This document shows, one piece after another, positions 49,605 to 60,945 of a stretch of 64,000 nucleotides of DNA. The DNA lies in contig CDPCPM010000269.1 of NCBI GenBank assembly GCA_976551045.1, forward strand, positions 3,968,001 to 4,032,000, written 5' to 3'. The DNA is from Glaucostegus cemiculus (lineage: Eukaryota). Both the position numbers and the translations under genes were made by a program. The notes under the pieces are model-generated. The model worked only from the letters and a program-made list of their open reading frames with translations, did no database searches and was not told the DNA's origin. Each line of letters begins with the position of its first letter. Position 1 is the stretch's first letter.

Positions 49605-50145
49605 AAGCCCTGAAATGCAGGTCAGAGTTGTTGCAGAGACTGAAACCAAAAGGTGAATGTTGAAAATGCCCTGCAGATCAGACAGTCTCTGTGGAGAAGG
49701 CAATCCATGTTAATGTCACTGATGCATGACCTGAAATCAGAACTGACCAGAGAGAGTAAATTACCTGAATTTATTAAATTCAACACAGAGTTCCAAAAGG
49801 CTGCAATGTGCCCAGGTAGGAGATGAGCTGCTGTTCGTCAAGCTTGCATTGCAGTGCAGGAGGCCACAGTCAGATCGGTCAGGGTGGGAATAGGATGGAG
49901 AATTAATGTGATAGGTAACTGGAAACTCAGGGCTGCACCTGTTGATCACAGGTGCACTACAAAGCTGTCACCCCATCTACATTTGATAACTCCAGTGTAG
50001 AGTAGATCACTTTGTGAACATTGACTGCAGTGCACTAGATTGGAAGAAGTGTAAGTAAATCATTACTTCATCTGAAAGGACTGTTTATTTCCCTTGAGGG
50101 TGGGAAAGAACAAGATAAAAGAGCAGGTGTTGCATCTATTGGCTA
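49605..50145 (-). mobile_element. Penelope-like element 3' part: GIY-YIG endonuclease relic plus terminal repeat
   Basis: Minus strand RCNTCSF..KGNKQSFQMK**FTYTSSNLVHCSQCSQSDLLYTG..GDSFVVHL, then PEFPVTYHINSPSYSH..GLLHC, followed by one arm of the palindromic element. Confidence 0.85.
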
Positions 50146-50218
50146 GAGCCATGATGAAGGTCAGTGCACCTTTAATATCCTTTGTCCCATTTCTTGAGCA
50201 TTCAGCGGATAGACACGA

Positions 50219-50292
50219 GAGTGAAAGCAAGGTTCAGGAACATAGGGAGCTCTGAAATTCCCTCCCTATATCCCTGAACCTCGCTTTCTCTC
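50219..50292. repeat. 31-bp inverted repeat (27/31 matched) with 12-nt loop at the start of an L2 tail
   Basis: gagtgaaagcaaggttcaggaacatagggag / ctccctatatccctgaacctcgctttctctc. Confidence 0.9.
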
Positions 50293-50450
50293 TTCACCTT
50301 TAAGCAGCTCATTAAATATACCTCTGTGACTATCTGTCACTGTACCTTCTTTTATGGCTCAGTGCCAGCTTCTTTTTGATTTTGGAGTGTGATGTTTCAG
50401 AATTGTTTCTCTGTGTAAAACCATGATGTAGATGCATGCCATTGTTGATG
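50245..50450 (+). mobile_element. L2 LINE 3' end
   Basis: ctctgaaattccctccct..cctttaag..aaatatacctctgtgac; similar to 60650-60945. Confidence 0.6.
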
Positions 50451-50736
50451 TGGTATGAATAATAAACTGTAGAATACTCCCTTGTGATTTTTATTCAGCA
50501 GTATGACAACCTAAGCTCCAACTGTTTCGTGGGAACTAACATGTATTATTGGATCAAAAGAGGAGAGCCGAGAAAGATTGCCCTGTTTTTTTTTTGGTGT
50601 CTTGTAAGAAAATCAGTCAATCTTAGTCTGGAATAGTTATTGAAAGTTTTCCAAGTTACTATGTTAATGTCCAGAAATTCAACTGAGTATTTCCATCACC
50701 ATCCATTATTGTATCAGTTCATTATTGCCACATTGA

Positions 50737-51392
50737 AATTGGTATTAGTTTATTATTCTCACTTGTACTGAGGTACAGTGAAAAAGCTCATCTTAAATGC
50801 CCAATTGTACAGGTCAATTTATTACACAGTGCAGTTGCTTTGAGTTAGTACGAGTGCATTGAGGTAGTACAGGTAAAAACAACAGTACAGAATAAAGTGT
50901 CACAGCTACAGAGAACGTGCCATGCAATAAGGTGCAACGTCACAAGTTAGATCATGAGGTCAGAGTCCATCTCATCGTATAACAGAACTGTTCAATAGTC
51001 TTATCACAGTTGGGTAGAAGCTGTCCTTAAGCCTGGTGTTATGTGCCCTCAGGCTCTTGTACCTTCTCTCTGATGGGGGAGGAGAGAAGAGAGAATGACT
51101 TAGGTGGGTGGGGTCTTTGATCATGCTGGCCGCTTTGCCAAGGCAGCGAGAGGTAAAGACGTAGTCCAAGGAGGAGAGGCTGGTGTTTGTAATGCACTAG
51201 GCTGTGTCCACAACTCTCTGCAGTTTCTTGCAGTCCTGGGCAGAGCAGTTGCCGCACCAAGCTGTAATGCATTCGGATAGGATGCTTTCGATGGTGCATT
51301 GATAATAGCTGGTGAATGTCAAAGGGGACATACCGAATTTCTTTACCCTCCTGAGGAAGTAGCAGTGCTGGTGAGCTTTCTTGGCCATGGCA
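50737..51392 (-). mobile_element. Rex1/Babar 3' fragment, young subfamily
   Basis: Minus ORFs AKKAHQHCYFLRRVKKFGMSPLT..KKLQRVVDTA and CLGKAASMIKDPTH..RLKDSFYPTVIRLLN. Confidence 0.95.
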
Positions 51393-51700
51393 AGATATGT
51401 ACCAAAATACAGTGAAAAGCTTTTGTTTGTGTGCCATCCAGATAGATCATTCCATACATAAATACACCGAGGTAGTAAAAAGGAAAACCAAATGCAGAAT
51501 ATAGTGTGACAATTAAAGAAAAAGTAAAGGTAGACAAATAATGTGCAAGGGTCACAACCAGGAAGATCAGGAGATCAAGAGTTCATCTTTTAGTGTATGA
51601 GAGGTCCATTCAAGAGTCTGCTAACAGTGGAACTGAAGCTATCCTTGATCCTGGTGATATGAGCTCTCACACTTCTGTATCTTCTGCCCAATGGAGAGGG
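51393..51700 (-). mobile_element. Older Rex1 3' fragment; its extreme tail lies at ~50708-50732, so it hosts the younger Rex1
   Basis: ttcattattgccacat plus gtaccaaaatacagtgaaaagc rejoin into the Rex1 terminus. Confidence 0.8.
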
Positions 51701-52164
51701 GATCACACGATCATGGCTTCCAGATCAGATGGCATGGAATGCACTCATTTCTCATACGATGCTCCTTTATTCACATTGTTCGAGTTACACATGCTGTTGG
51801 GCACTTTCAGAATATCCCTGACTTTAATAACCCTCCTGGTTGAGCAGGTCCCATCTAGAACTGGGAATTGCATTTGGGTTGTTTTCCTTCAAGGCCCAAC
51901 AATCCAATCATTCCTCTCACCTCCAATTGCCCTCCATTGGCCAAGGCTGTAATGACCAGCAGCCCTTTCTCACTCTCCCACTGCCCGGACCTGGCCACAC
52001 CCCAGACTTTTTTTTGAAATTCTCCTTTAGACCCTGCAATGAGACAGCAAACAAAGGAAAGTGTGGACGGGCAGTCCAGCAGCAGCCATGCTTTGAGCCT
52101 GAGGAACCACCAAATTTTGCTGTAGCACAACTACATCAGTTATTGCCACACCACAGAAGAACAC

Positions 52165-52800
52165 AGGAAACAGAAGCAAGAGTAAGTCCTTGTGGCTGCT
52201 CCACTTAAGAAAAAATCTCACAACTGATCCCTTAACCATCACACCACTTTCCTGCACTGACCTCAACTCTTTGGATTCCCTTATTAGTTACAAACGATCA
52301 AATGCTGCCTTTAATATACACAGCAATCAATCCTCTCCAGCCATCTTGAATAGACAATTCCAATGATTCACCACTCCTCAGGGTGAAGAAATAGAACAGC
52401 TGATCCAACATTGGTGACCCCAGTTCTAGTCACCCCAGCCTATGGAAGCAACTTTCCTGCATTTAAGATATTCTTATTAGTCACATGTACATTGAACTGC
52501 ACAGTGAAATGCATCTTTCTGCATAGAGTATTCTAGGGGAAAGCCCTCAAGTGTCACCATGCTTCTGGCGCCAACATAGCATGCTGTCAACTTCCTAACC
52601 CGTATATCATTTGGAATGTGGGAGGAAACTCATGCAGACACTGGGAGAACGTACAGTCTCCTTACAGACAGTGGCCAGAATTGAACCCGGGTCGCTGGCA
52701 CTATAATAGTGTTACATTAACCGCTACACTACAGTGCCTGTCCTACCCTGTCAAACCCCATGAGAATGTTTTATGTGATAGCCTCTTATCACCAGGCAAT
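52165..52800 (-). mobile_element. Old CR1 3' fragment with nested V-SINE (52463-52740)
   Basis: Antisense CR1 tail (gaacacaggaaacagaagcaagagta; aattccaatgattcaccact; tttcctgcat|ctaccctgtcaaacccc). Confidence 0.75.
52463..52740 (-). mobile_element. V-SINE with Rex1-like tail
   Basis: taagatattcttattagtcacatgtacattgaa..gaattgaacccgggtcgctggc. Confidence 0.9.
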
Positions 52801-53504
52801 AACCCATCACTTCCTCGAGTGCCAATGAATCTCGAGACAAATGGGACAGAATAACCACACCAGATTCAAGGTTGGGCCCATTGCTAGCTCGAGAATTTGA
52901 AACATCTCAGAAATCTGACGCAGGACATGTTCTGGCTCATGTTTGTAAATGACGATATTTTTCTTCATCAATATTGAAAGAAAATATTTTCAGTGTTCAC
53001 TCTTTCTCACAATGCGTCTGCTCAAAGTAATTTCCTTTCACATTTATCATCAGCTTTCATTGCTATCTTTCGATGGAGAACGAGTTACAGGTCAACTCTT
53101 TTCCTGCTGAAACAAAGCTGCTGCTCATGAAACAACCTCAATGACCTCTGAGAAATTATTGGTTCTGTCCTGCGCAGGGATTTCAATTTGAATGTAACAG
53201 TAGCTGGGACAAAACAGGAAAGAGTAGTGAAATTCTTGTTAAATGCAATTGATCACAGTCAGTGAGGGAATCTTTTGAAGCAAACCAGAATTCACTAATG
53301 TGCTAGACTGTTTCACTCAAAACACAGAGCAAAACCAAGGTTTGATGAACGTAAGATTTTTCAGATGTTTCTGAGCATTATCTTCAGTTCAGCCTGATAC
53401 TTTCATATTCGACAGCTTATTTTTAATTTGAATTAAGTATCAGGAATAGAGTCCAAGACATTCATTCGATACATCACACAACATAGAAAATGAAAACTTA
53501 AAAA

Positions 53505-53760
53505 AAAATAAGATGCTGGAAATCCAAAATGTAATAAAAATGCTGGAAACACTGAGGAAAGAGAAAGAGATTTAATAATTCAGGTTGAAGACCCTTCATC
53601 AGAATTGGGAAAGAGAGAAAAATATTGCAGAAAAGGTGCAGAAGGGATGAAAAAGACAAAGGAAATAGCAGTGAAAGGATTGTGAGTTGATAAAGAGGCA
53701 GTTTGAGGGTGACAAAGAAGTGTGATGTGTTGCAAATAGCAGGTCAGGGTGTGTTAATCA
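53505..53760 (-). mobile_element. Penelope terminal fragment with hammerhead-like core
   Basis: Minus strand CTGATGAagggtcttcaacctGAAT; plus-strand gatgctggaaatc..aaatgctggaaacact arm. Confidence 0.6.
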
Positions 53761-53799
53761 AGAAAGTTAAAAAAAAACTGAGCCACAAATTCAACACAC

Positions 53800-54385
53800 G
53801 CAAGCATTCACCACTCTATAAAACATGGAAAGCAATGGATTTAGATCTAAAATAATAACGAGGAGAAATGTAATCTTGTTCATGGATCAGGTTTATGTGC
53901 TAAAGAGCTTTTGGGCTTATTTTTTGAGAGCAGCAGCTTCTACAGTTAATAGTGTAGATCAAAGCAGAGGTTGAAGAAGAGCATTACACTTTAAGTGAGT
54001 GGGAAAATCAATGGCAGCTCATATTCATTGTGGAGAGGCATTCATATGGACTTAAGTTAAACCAACATATCTTCTAAGAATCTGGGAATGACAAAGAAGT
54101 AGAGAGACCTAATGATCAAGTACAGAAAATCAAATAGAAAAGTATGTAAAAAAATTAAAATCTTACATAACATTGTCTTTGTCTCAAAGGACCTGGAATG
54201 TAAAGAGGTGGATGCAATAGAATAGTTTCCCAAAGCCTTAATTAGATGCCTAACTGCATTCTGTGTTTGGTTCAGCCACTTGGGAAGGATATATTTGCCT
54301 TAGATGAAGTACAATACAGATCGCCAGGATATTCCGGTTTAATGGTGTTAAGTTATGAAGGGAGTTTGTATGCAGGAAGTTCCCA
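53800..54385 (+). mobile_element. Very old CR1 RT fragment
   Basis: Remnants such as aatggcag, gagagaccta and cccaaagccttaattagatgcc. Confidence 0.45.
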
Positions 54386-54949
54386 GGTTACAACAGGGCT
54401 CCATTCCTGAGAGGTGCTTGTAACACAAACCTTTCATAAGTCGGAAATGAAGAGAAACAGCTGTGACAGGAGAGCAAGCAGGTACGCAAAGATCGGCTGC
54501 CAGCCGGCCTCCCTGACCCGGTGAGTGAGTGAGTCTGCTCAGTGCTCCCAGACCTGTTCAGCTCAACAGTCCCAAATTGTTGCAGCTTTGGGTGGTGGGG
54601 GGTAGTGGTGAGAGAAGACATGTGGAAATGCCCTGTTGCCACCTGGCAGAAGACGCCAGCAGCTGGCAAATCCATTCCCATCCGCCCGGTCTCCCAAAGG
54701 CTCATTCATACAAAGATACATGCCTGGTTCATCAGGTCTGTCCCAGTCAGGCTTGATGAAACTCAGACATGTGGATACGAGCAGAATAGGCAACATCTTG
54801 ACAAACAAGAACTGTGGCAAGTATGACCAGATTCCTGAATGGCAGTGTACCTTAATCTATCCCTTATTGTTTAAGGTGTTGTCAGTTAATCCAGATATGG
54901 ATAGTCACAGAGATTTCTTTTCTAATATACATCTGTACTCAACCTGAAT

Positions 54950-55710
54950 GTCCACCAAGGTTAAGACTTAGAGAATGGCAGGGACCTTCGGAGCGTTAAT
55001 GTACCTTGAGGGAGATCTTGGGATACAAATCCATAGCTCCCCGAAAGTGGCAATGCAGGTGGATAGGTTTGTGAGAAAAGCATTTGATATGCTTGCTTTC
55101 ATCGTCTGGGTCATTGTTTTTCAGAGATGGGATGTCATGTTGCAGTTGTACCAAACACTGGTTTGACCACACTTCAAGTATTGTGTATAGTTCTGGTTGC
55201 CACACTACAGGAAGGGTGTGGTAGCAATAAAGAGAGTGAAGAAGAAATTCACTTGGATGTTGCCTGCAATGGAGGGCTGCAGTAATGAGGAGGGATTGGG
55301 TAGGCTGGGTTTATTCCCACTGGAACGTAAGAGGCTGAGGGATGACCTTATAGAGGTTTACAAAATTATGAGGGGCATTGATCAGATAGATACAGAAACT
55401 TTTCCCCAGGACAAGGAAGTCTAAAGTGTTTAAGGTGAGAGGGGAGAAGTTTAACTTAAAGAAGGTCTGAGAAGTAAGCTTTTCACACAGAGGATGGTGA
55501 ATATTTGGAATGAGCTACCAGAGGTGGTTGCGGAGGCAGATACTATTACAACATTTAAAAAGCATTCAAACAGGTACTTTATTGGAAAGGCGCAGAGGGA
55601 TATGTGCCTAATGCGGGCAAATAGGATTAATGTAGATCGACATAGTGGTCAGTATGGATGAGGTGGGTTGAACGGGTCTGTTTTTGTGCTACACGCTTCT
55701 ATGATTCTGT
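54950..55710 (+). mobile_element. CR1 3' fragment
   Basis: DLGIQIHSSPKVAMQVDR..LQLYQTLV, PHYRKGVVAIKRVKKKFT, LRDDLIEVYKIMRG; tctatgattct tail. Confidence 0.92.
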
Positions 55711-55711
55711 G

Positions 55712-55945
55712 AGAACAAATAAAACTGCAGATACTGGAATCTGAAATAAAAACAGAAGTGCTGGAGGAACTCAGCCAGTCAAACCCCATGGAAAGAGAAA
55801 CCAGTCGATGTTTCAGGTCAGGGATCCTTTCTCAGCACGGTTCTGAGAGGGTATCTGACTTGAAATGTGAACTTGTTTCTCCTTCCACAGGTGCTGCTTG
55901 ACTGGTTGAGTTCTTTGAGCAATTCTGCGTAAGTTTCTCTTTTTT
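55712..55945. mobile_element. Palindromic Penelope-derived mini-element
   Basis: ctgcagatactggaatctg..gctggaggaactcagccagtcaa / ttgactggttgagttctt; minus-strand core CTGAGAA..GAAACATCgactgg. Confidence 0.75.
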
Positions 55946-56649
55946 TGTGTGGGAGGAAGAGTTTTATTATCAGCCCACACTTTGAAAAAGATTAATTCTT
56001 CCTGCAATTTATTAGCAATTAATTATGAAGTAAAACCCACAACAGTCTGTCAACAGTCACAGCTGCTTGTGTATCCTCTTATGCACAATTAATAAAGTCT
56101 AGTGAATGACAGATGGATTTCTATAATGATTTGTGAAAGAAACACGAAGGCAAGAGTTATTTATGCATCATGCAGTTGAGTTGGAGGAATATTGGTTCTG
56201 CTTTGACAGCTGCAAGGTGCTATTTGGCCCACAGAACAACTAATGGTTCAGCTGTATTGATGCAATTTTATATTTGTGTGTTTTCAAACATGTTATCTTT
56301 ATTCATAAGAAATAGCAGGCCAAAAGTGACTGAATACTCCTTCAGAAGTGTAGATCTTTATCAGAACTGAAGTTTTGCCCTTTTAATACAATTGTGTGAC
56401 TTGTGTGAGGATTTGTTTGTATTGTGCCTGAGGGCCAACAAGAGCATCTTTAGACAACATCATAGAAAGTAGTTTTGTTCATAGGGTGCGTCTGATGTTA
56501 GTGAGAGTTGCATCACAATATGCTCCATATTTTCCACTCCATAAAAGAACAAAGGATGCTTTGTTTTGAATAATGAATATGTTCTTTGAGAATTGACAAA
56601 TGTCAATGTTAAAGAACAAAATGCTCACCTTCTGCATATATTATACTTA

Positions 56650-56860
56650 TAAAGACACAGAGGGGGTTATTTGGCCGTTTGGGTCCAGACCAACTCCCAA
56701 GGGAGCAGCCCCATCAGTCCCATTCCCTCTCTCCATAACTCCCTGTAACCCAGCAGCACATTCTCTCTCACTAATGTCAATCAAATCATCTTCAATTCTT
56801 GCTATCATTAACCTCCACCAAGGACTAATATACATTAGCCGATCAATCAGTCTACTAATA
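56650..56860 (-). mobile_element. 3' part of a V-SINE with CR1-type tail
   Basis: Similar to 6762-6920 and 11778-11930. Confidence 0.55.
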
Positions 56861-56944
56861 TTCTTTGCTTGTTCTATTCCCACAAATTCAGTTATTGATA
56901 CATGGAGAACATTCTTAAATTCATTACAAGTTGTTAAACATGGG

Positions 56945-57290
56945 TAATTTTGAGAGCTGGTCAGAGAGTTAAGGGAGGAAATGCTGGTGTAGTTCCTGAA
57001 GAGCTGAAGACACACATGGGAGGAAGGGAACGTATGGAAGATAAGAGTTCTGGGAACATTGTAGGTAGATGGAGATTGCAGAAGCAGGGAGGAAGAACCT
57101 AGTGAAGACATTTGAACCTAGTGAAGACATTTAAACCTAACCATTAACACATTGAGTTCCAGGCAATGAGGAACTGGAAGCCAAGGTAGACTGGCATTGA
57201 TGGGTGGGATATTTTACAGCAGTTTTGGATAAGCAGAGATGTGAGGGAGGTGAGAGATCATGATGACTTTAAGACTTGTCTAATCAGTTG
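56945..57290 (-). mobile_element. Old L2 fragment
   Basis: ggagattgcagaagcagggagg..ggaagccaaggtag..cagcagttttggataagc is an antisense L2 pattern. Confidence 0.5.
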
Positions 57291-57539
57291 AGCGACTACA
57301 ATGGGACTCAATTTGATCCATGGTTCAGAATTGTTCTGCACCAGTATTGGTCAGAATCATTCAGTGGATTTAACTAAATTAAAAATTGAATAAAAACTAA
57401 AATGCTACAAATAATTAGAAACAATAAAGGCAGACAATGTGAGCACATCACTTAACTAAACTTACCTTTAGCTTCAAGGTGAAATGAAAGGGGTCACTGG
57501 TCAAACACCAGTCCTTCCTGCATAAAGCTTTCTTCAGCA

Positions 57540-57990
57540 TATCACATGGTCTGTTGCTGGGCTCAGTAGAATTTTTAATGTGGAGTAGATGGTCCTATGT
57601 GCTCGCACCTGACCTCCAGCTGCATTTAGACTGCCACGATTTAGTATGCATACCTGGAAGCCCAAGATGAATATCAAAAGACAGCTGGACCACTTGTTCA
57701 CCAGGGGAACCAGCTGCTGCTTGGCATGATGACTCAACCCTGACCATTTCCCATGTCAGTTTCTGAATGGCTGAAGGTCTTTGGCCAGACTTGTATCATC
57801 CATTCCTCATGGGAAGACAGCTCACCAATCACCTCTCTCAATACATTGCAGAGTCCTCTGAAATACTGAACCCAACACACAGGCCTGACTTTCATTGGTT
57901 TGCCCATTTTATTAACTGTGATCCAGGATGGCGATAGTGTTCCCCATGCTTTTCATTACATCACAGTTCTGACATTGAGATATGGCGATA
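57540..57990 (-). mobile_element. Decayed RTE-clade LINE fragment
   Basis: Minus strand MDDTSLAKDL resembles the RTE RMxDxRxPKxL motif. Confidence 0.4.
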
Positions 57991-58539
57991 CCTTTGACTT
58001 CATATCAAACCAACTGGAAAACAGTTTTGAAGTTAAATTATAAATTCAAGCCACTAGGTGATTTGGGCAGATTATTAAAAATTGAATCACAGCACATCAG
58101 AAGTAGTCTTATTATTATTATTACCTCAGTCAGGATAATAAATGGCATTGAGAGTAATGCTTATGAAAAAAAAATGTTCCAGTGAGTTGACAAGGAAAAG
58201 AATGGCCAATGAATGCAACATTTCTCTTTTAGAGAAATATACCTGTGAGGATAAGTTTTTTAAAAATTAAAAAAAAATCTGTATGCAAATTATCTGAAAG
58301 AAGTGGGAACGGTACCTATTGTTGCACTGAAACTTAAATGGGCTTGAAAGGATAATTTGAGATTATTTTTACATGAGCAATTTAGTCTCCAGACCCTTTC
58401 AAATACACTTGAGAGATGAATAGCATGGCAGCCACATACAGACACAGAAAGACCAGTGAACATTGTTGACAATCATTTTCTAAATCAAATAGAAAACATT
58501 TAACCTTGTGCTGAAGAACTGTACAGGCATGTGACTGCT

Positions 58540-59155
58540 GATTCTCTTCCATTTGGTCAACTCTTTTTCCTTTTGATTCAAAACTCCAAAGGATTCGATA
58601 TACAGGTCTCTGCTATTCTCAACTGTCTAACATCAGTCCTTCATTTTGTTACATCATCACTGCAGCTACTCAGGCATATTCTCACTTTAACCCATGATGG
58701 CCTCAAAACCCACCAGCAACATAACCTCTCTCATCCTGGTTACTTGAGCCGATTTAGAAATCAGGGGTACCTCTGCAAGACCAATGGATGCAGCCTTGAC
58801 TGGGCATCACAGCCAAATGACTTGGCCACTAACCATTGGTTTCAACTGGAGAACATAATGCCCTATTCAGTCCTCCTTGTATTTGACAAAGCTGGTCATT
58901 ATGCCCACTTTTTTCCTCTACTGCAAATCATCTTTGTAATCCCCCAGCCTGTTTCCCCCAACCTCACCATCAATAACAACTGTGAGGACCTTATAGACTT
59001 TGATTCGAAGACAACTGACCAAATGGTCTCAGCAGTATATCTATCCATTGGCTTTCATTTCTTAACCCACCATATAAAATCACTGACTCCCGATCACCCT
59101 GGCCTGAACTCACAACTTCTTGTTTTTTTTTCCCAATCCTACATGGTTTCAATGA
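58540..59155 (+). mobile_element. Old L2 ORF2 relic; its 3' end probably lies at 60650-60945
   Basis: QPVSPNLTINNNCEDLIDFDSKTTDQMVSA resembles the L2 pre-RT CEExxxFFxxKIxxI motif. Confidence 0.5.
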
Positions 59156-59159
59156 ACTT

Positions 59160-60600
59160 CAAGCAGCCAAATCTCTGTAATAGCCACAACATCATAATTC
59201 CACCTGCTGCTTCATGCTCTAAGTTCATCACCCTTATTTTTAATACTTCTCACATTCAAGTTAACACATTTTAATTGATCACATTTATGCCCTATCCACT
59301 GTCTATCCTTCCTCACAGTCTCTCTGCACGATGCATCTACCTTTACACTATCTGCTCCATCACCTGACCTTACACTCCAGTTCCCATCCCCCTGCCAACC
59401 TAGTTTAAACAAAGCTGCCTTCAAAGACATTGGTCCTTCTTGAGTTCAGTTGCAACCCATCCCTTCTCTACAGGTCATACCTTCTCCAGAAGAGATCCCA
59501 ATTATCTACAAATCTGAAACCCTGCCCTCTGCACCAACTCTTCCAGCCATGCATTTGTCTGCCATATCTTCCTATTCTTATCCTCACTGGGGCATGGCAC
59601 AGGCAGCAATCCAGAGATTACTATCCTTGAGGTTCTGCTTCTTAGCTTCCTTCCAAGCGCCCTATATTCCCTCTTCCAGACCTCATCCCTTATCCTATCT
59701 ATGTCATTGGTACCAATGTGTACCTTGACTTCTGGCTGCCTACCCTCCCCCTTAAAAATACAGTGGACTCGATCTGAGATGCCTCTGACCCTGGCACCTG
59801 GGAGACAACATACCATCCAGGAGTCTCGTTCTCATCCACAGAATCTCCTGTCAGTTCCCCTAACCAATGAATTCCCTATCACTCTCACCCTCCTCTTTCC
59901 CCCCCTTCCCCTCTGAGCCACAGAGCCAGACTCAAGTGCCAGAGACCTGGCTGTTGTGGCTTTCCTCCAGTAGGGTGTCCCCCACCAACGATATCCAAAG
60001 TGGTATACTTGTTATTGAGGGGAAAGGTCACAGGTGTACCCTGCACTGACTGCCTATTCCCTTCTTCTCTCCTGATGGCCACCCAGCTACCTGCAACATA
60101 GGTGCGACTGCCTCCCTGTGTCCTTTCTGTCAACGCCTCAGTCTCCCAAATGATCCAGAGTCCATTCAGCTCCAGTTCCCTAACATGGTCTGTAAGGAGC
60201 TGCAGCCCGATGCACTCCTCACAGGTGTAGTCATCAGGGACGCTGAAGATGTCCCTGACTTCCCACACCCTGCACATCACTGCCCTGACTGCCATTCTAC
60301 TGCTTTATCTGTGCAATAAGAAAGAGACCTTACTTGAACCTTACCTTTACCTCCACTCACCGAAGCTTCCTGAATCAATGCTGAATCAATGGTAACAACA
60401 AAATAAAAGAAAACCTCACCACCTCACTTAAGCCTGTTTTCCTAAAGAGGTGCTCTGACTCCCTACTCCTACTCTTGGACCACTAATTCTGCCTCTTCAT
60501 CCCAAAGCCTCTTGAGCCAAACCTCAGCTCTCTGCTCTAACACTGACCACTCCTACAATGGCCACTCTGCTCCACTTTACAATGCCTTATTTGCAAATTT
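59160..60600 (-). mobile_element. CR1 5' portion: 5' UTR, ORF1 (zinc finger plus SGNH esterase) and ORF2 endonuclease start
   Basis: CRVWEVRD..DDYTCEECIGLQLL; MVCCLPGARVR..HIGTNDI..IVISGLLPVP; LKCVNLNVRSIKNKGDELRA*..YDVVAITEIWL. Frameshifted. Confidence 0.92.
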
Positions 60601-60649
60601 CTCATTACTGGTTTTTAAGTTACTCTGTGTTTTGTACTGTTACCTTCTG

Positions 60650-60945
60650 AGGTATTTGTGTTCATTCTGTTCTAGAGTCCTGAGCTTCTTTGAATTGAAG
60701 CACTTGACAGTCATTCCTTCAGGTACCAAATCTCTACTATTTGATACTCCCTCTCTAAATCTCTCCACTTCCCTGCTTCACTTTTCTCCTTTTAGATGTC
60801 CCTTTGAACCTACCTCTTTGACCAAGCTTTTTGGTCAGCTCTCTATTATCTCCCCAAATTGCTCAATTTTGAATTTTGATTGATCATACTCTTGTTAAGC
60901 ACCCTGAGGTGTCTAGTTATGTTGAATGTATATAGGTAGAACCTT
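60650..60945 (+). mobile_element. L2 LINE 3' end
   Basis: ctccctctctaaatctctcc..gaacctacctctttgaccaagctttttggtca..gttaagcaccctgagg. Confidence 0.7.

Noticed and set aside
52923-52944. p53 response element (ggacatgttc plus gctcatgttt)
   Set aside because: Only one good half-site; the second is degenerate and spaced, as expected by chance in 64 kb.
58531-59274. Longest ORF in the track (247 aa) as a host gene
   Set aside because: It has a non-ATG start and spans decayed L2 sequence plus antisense CR1 endonuclease, with no coherent domain.
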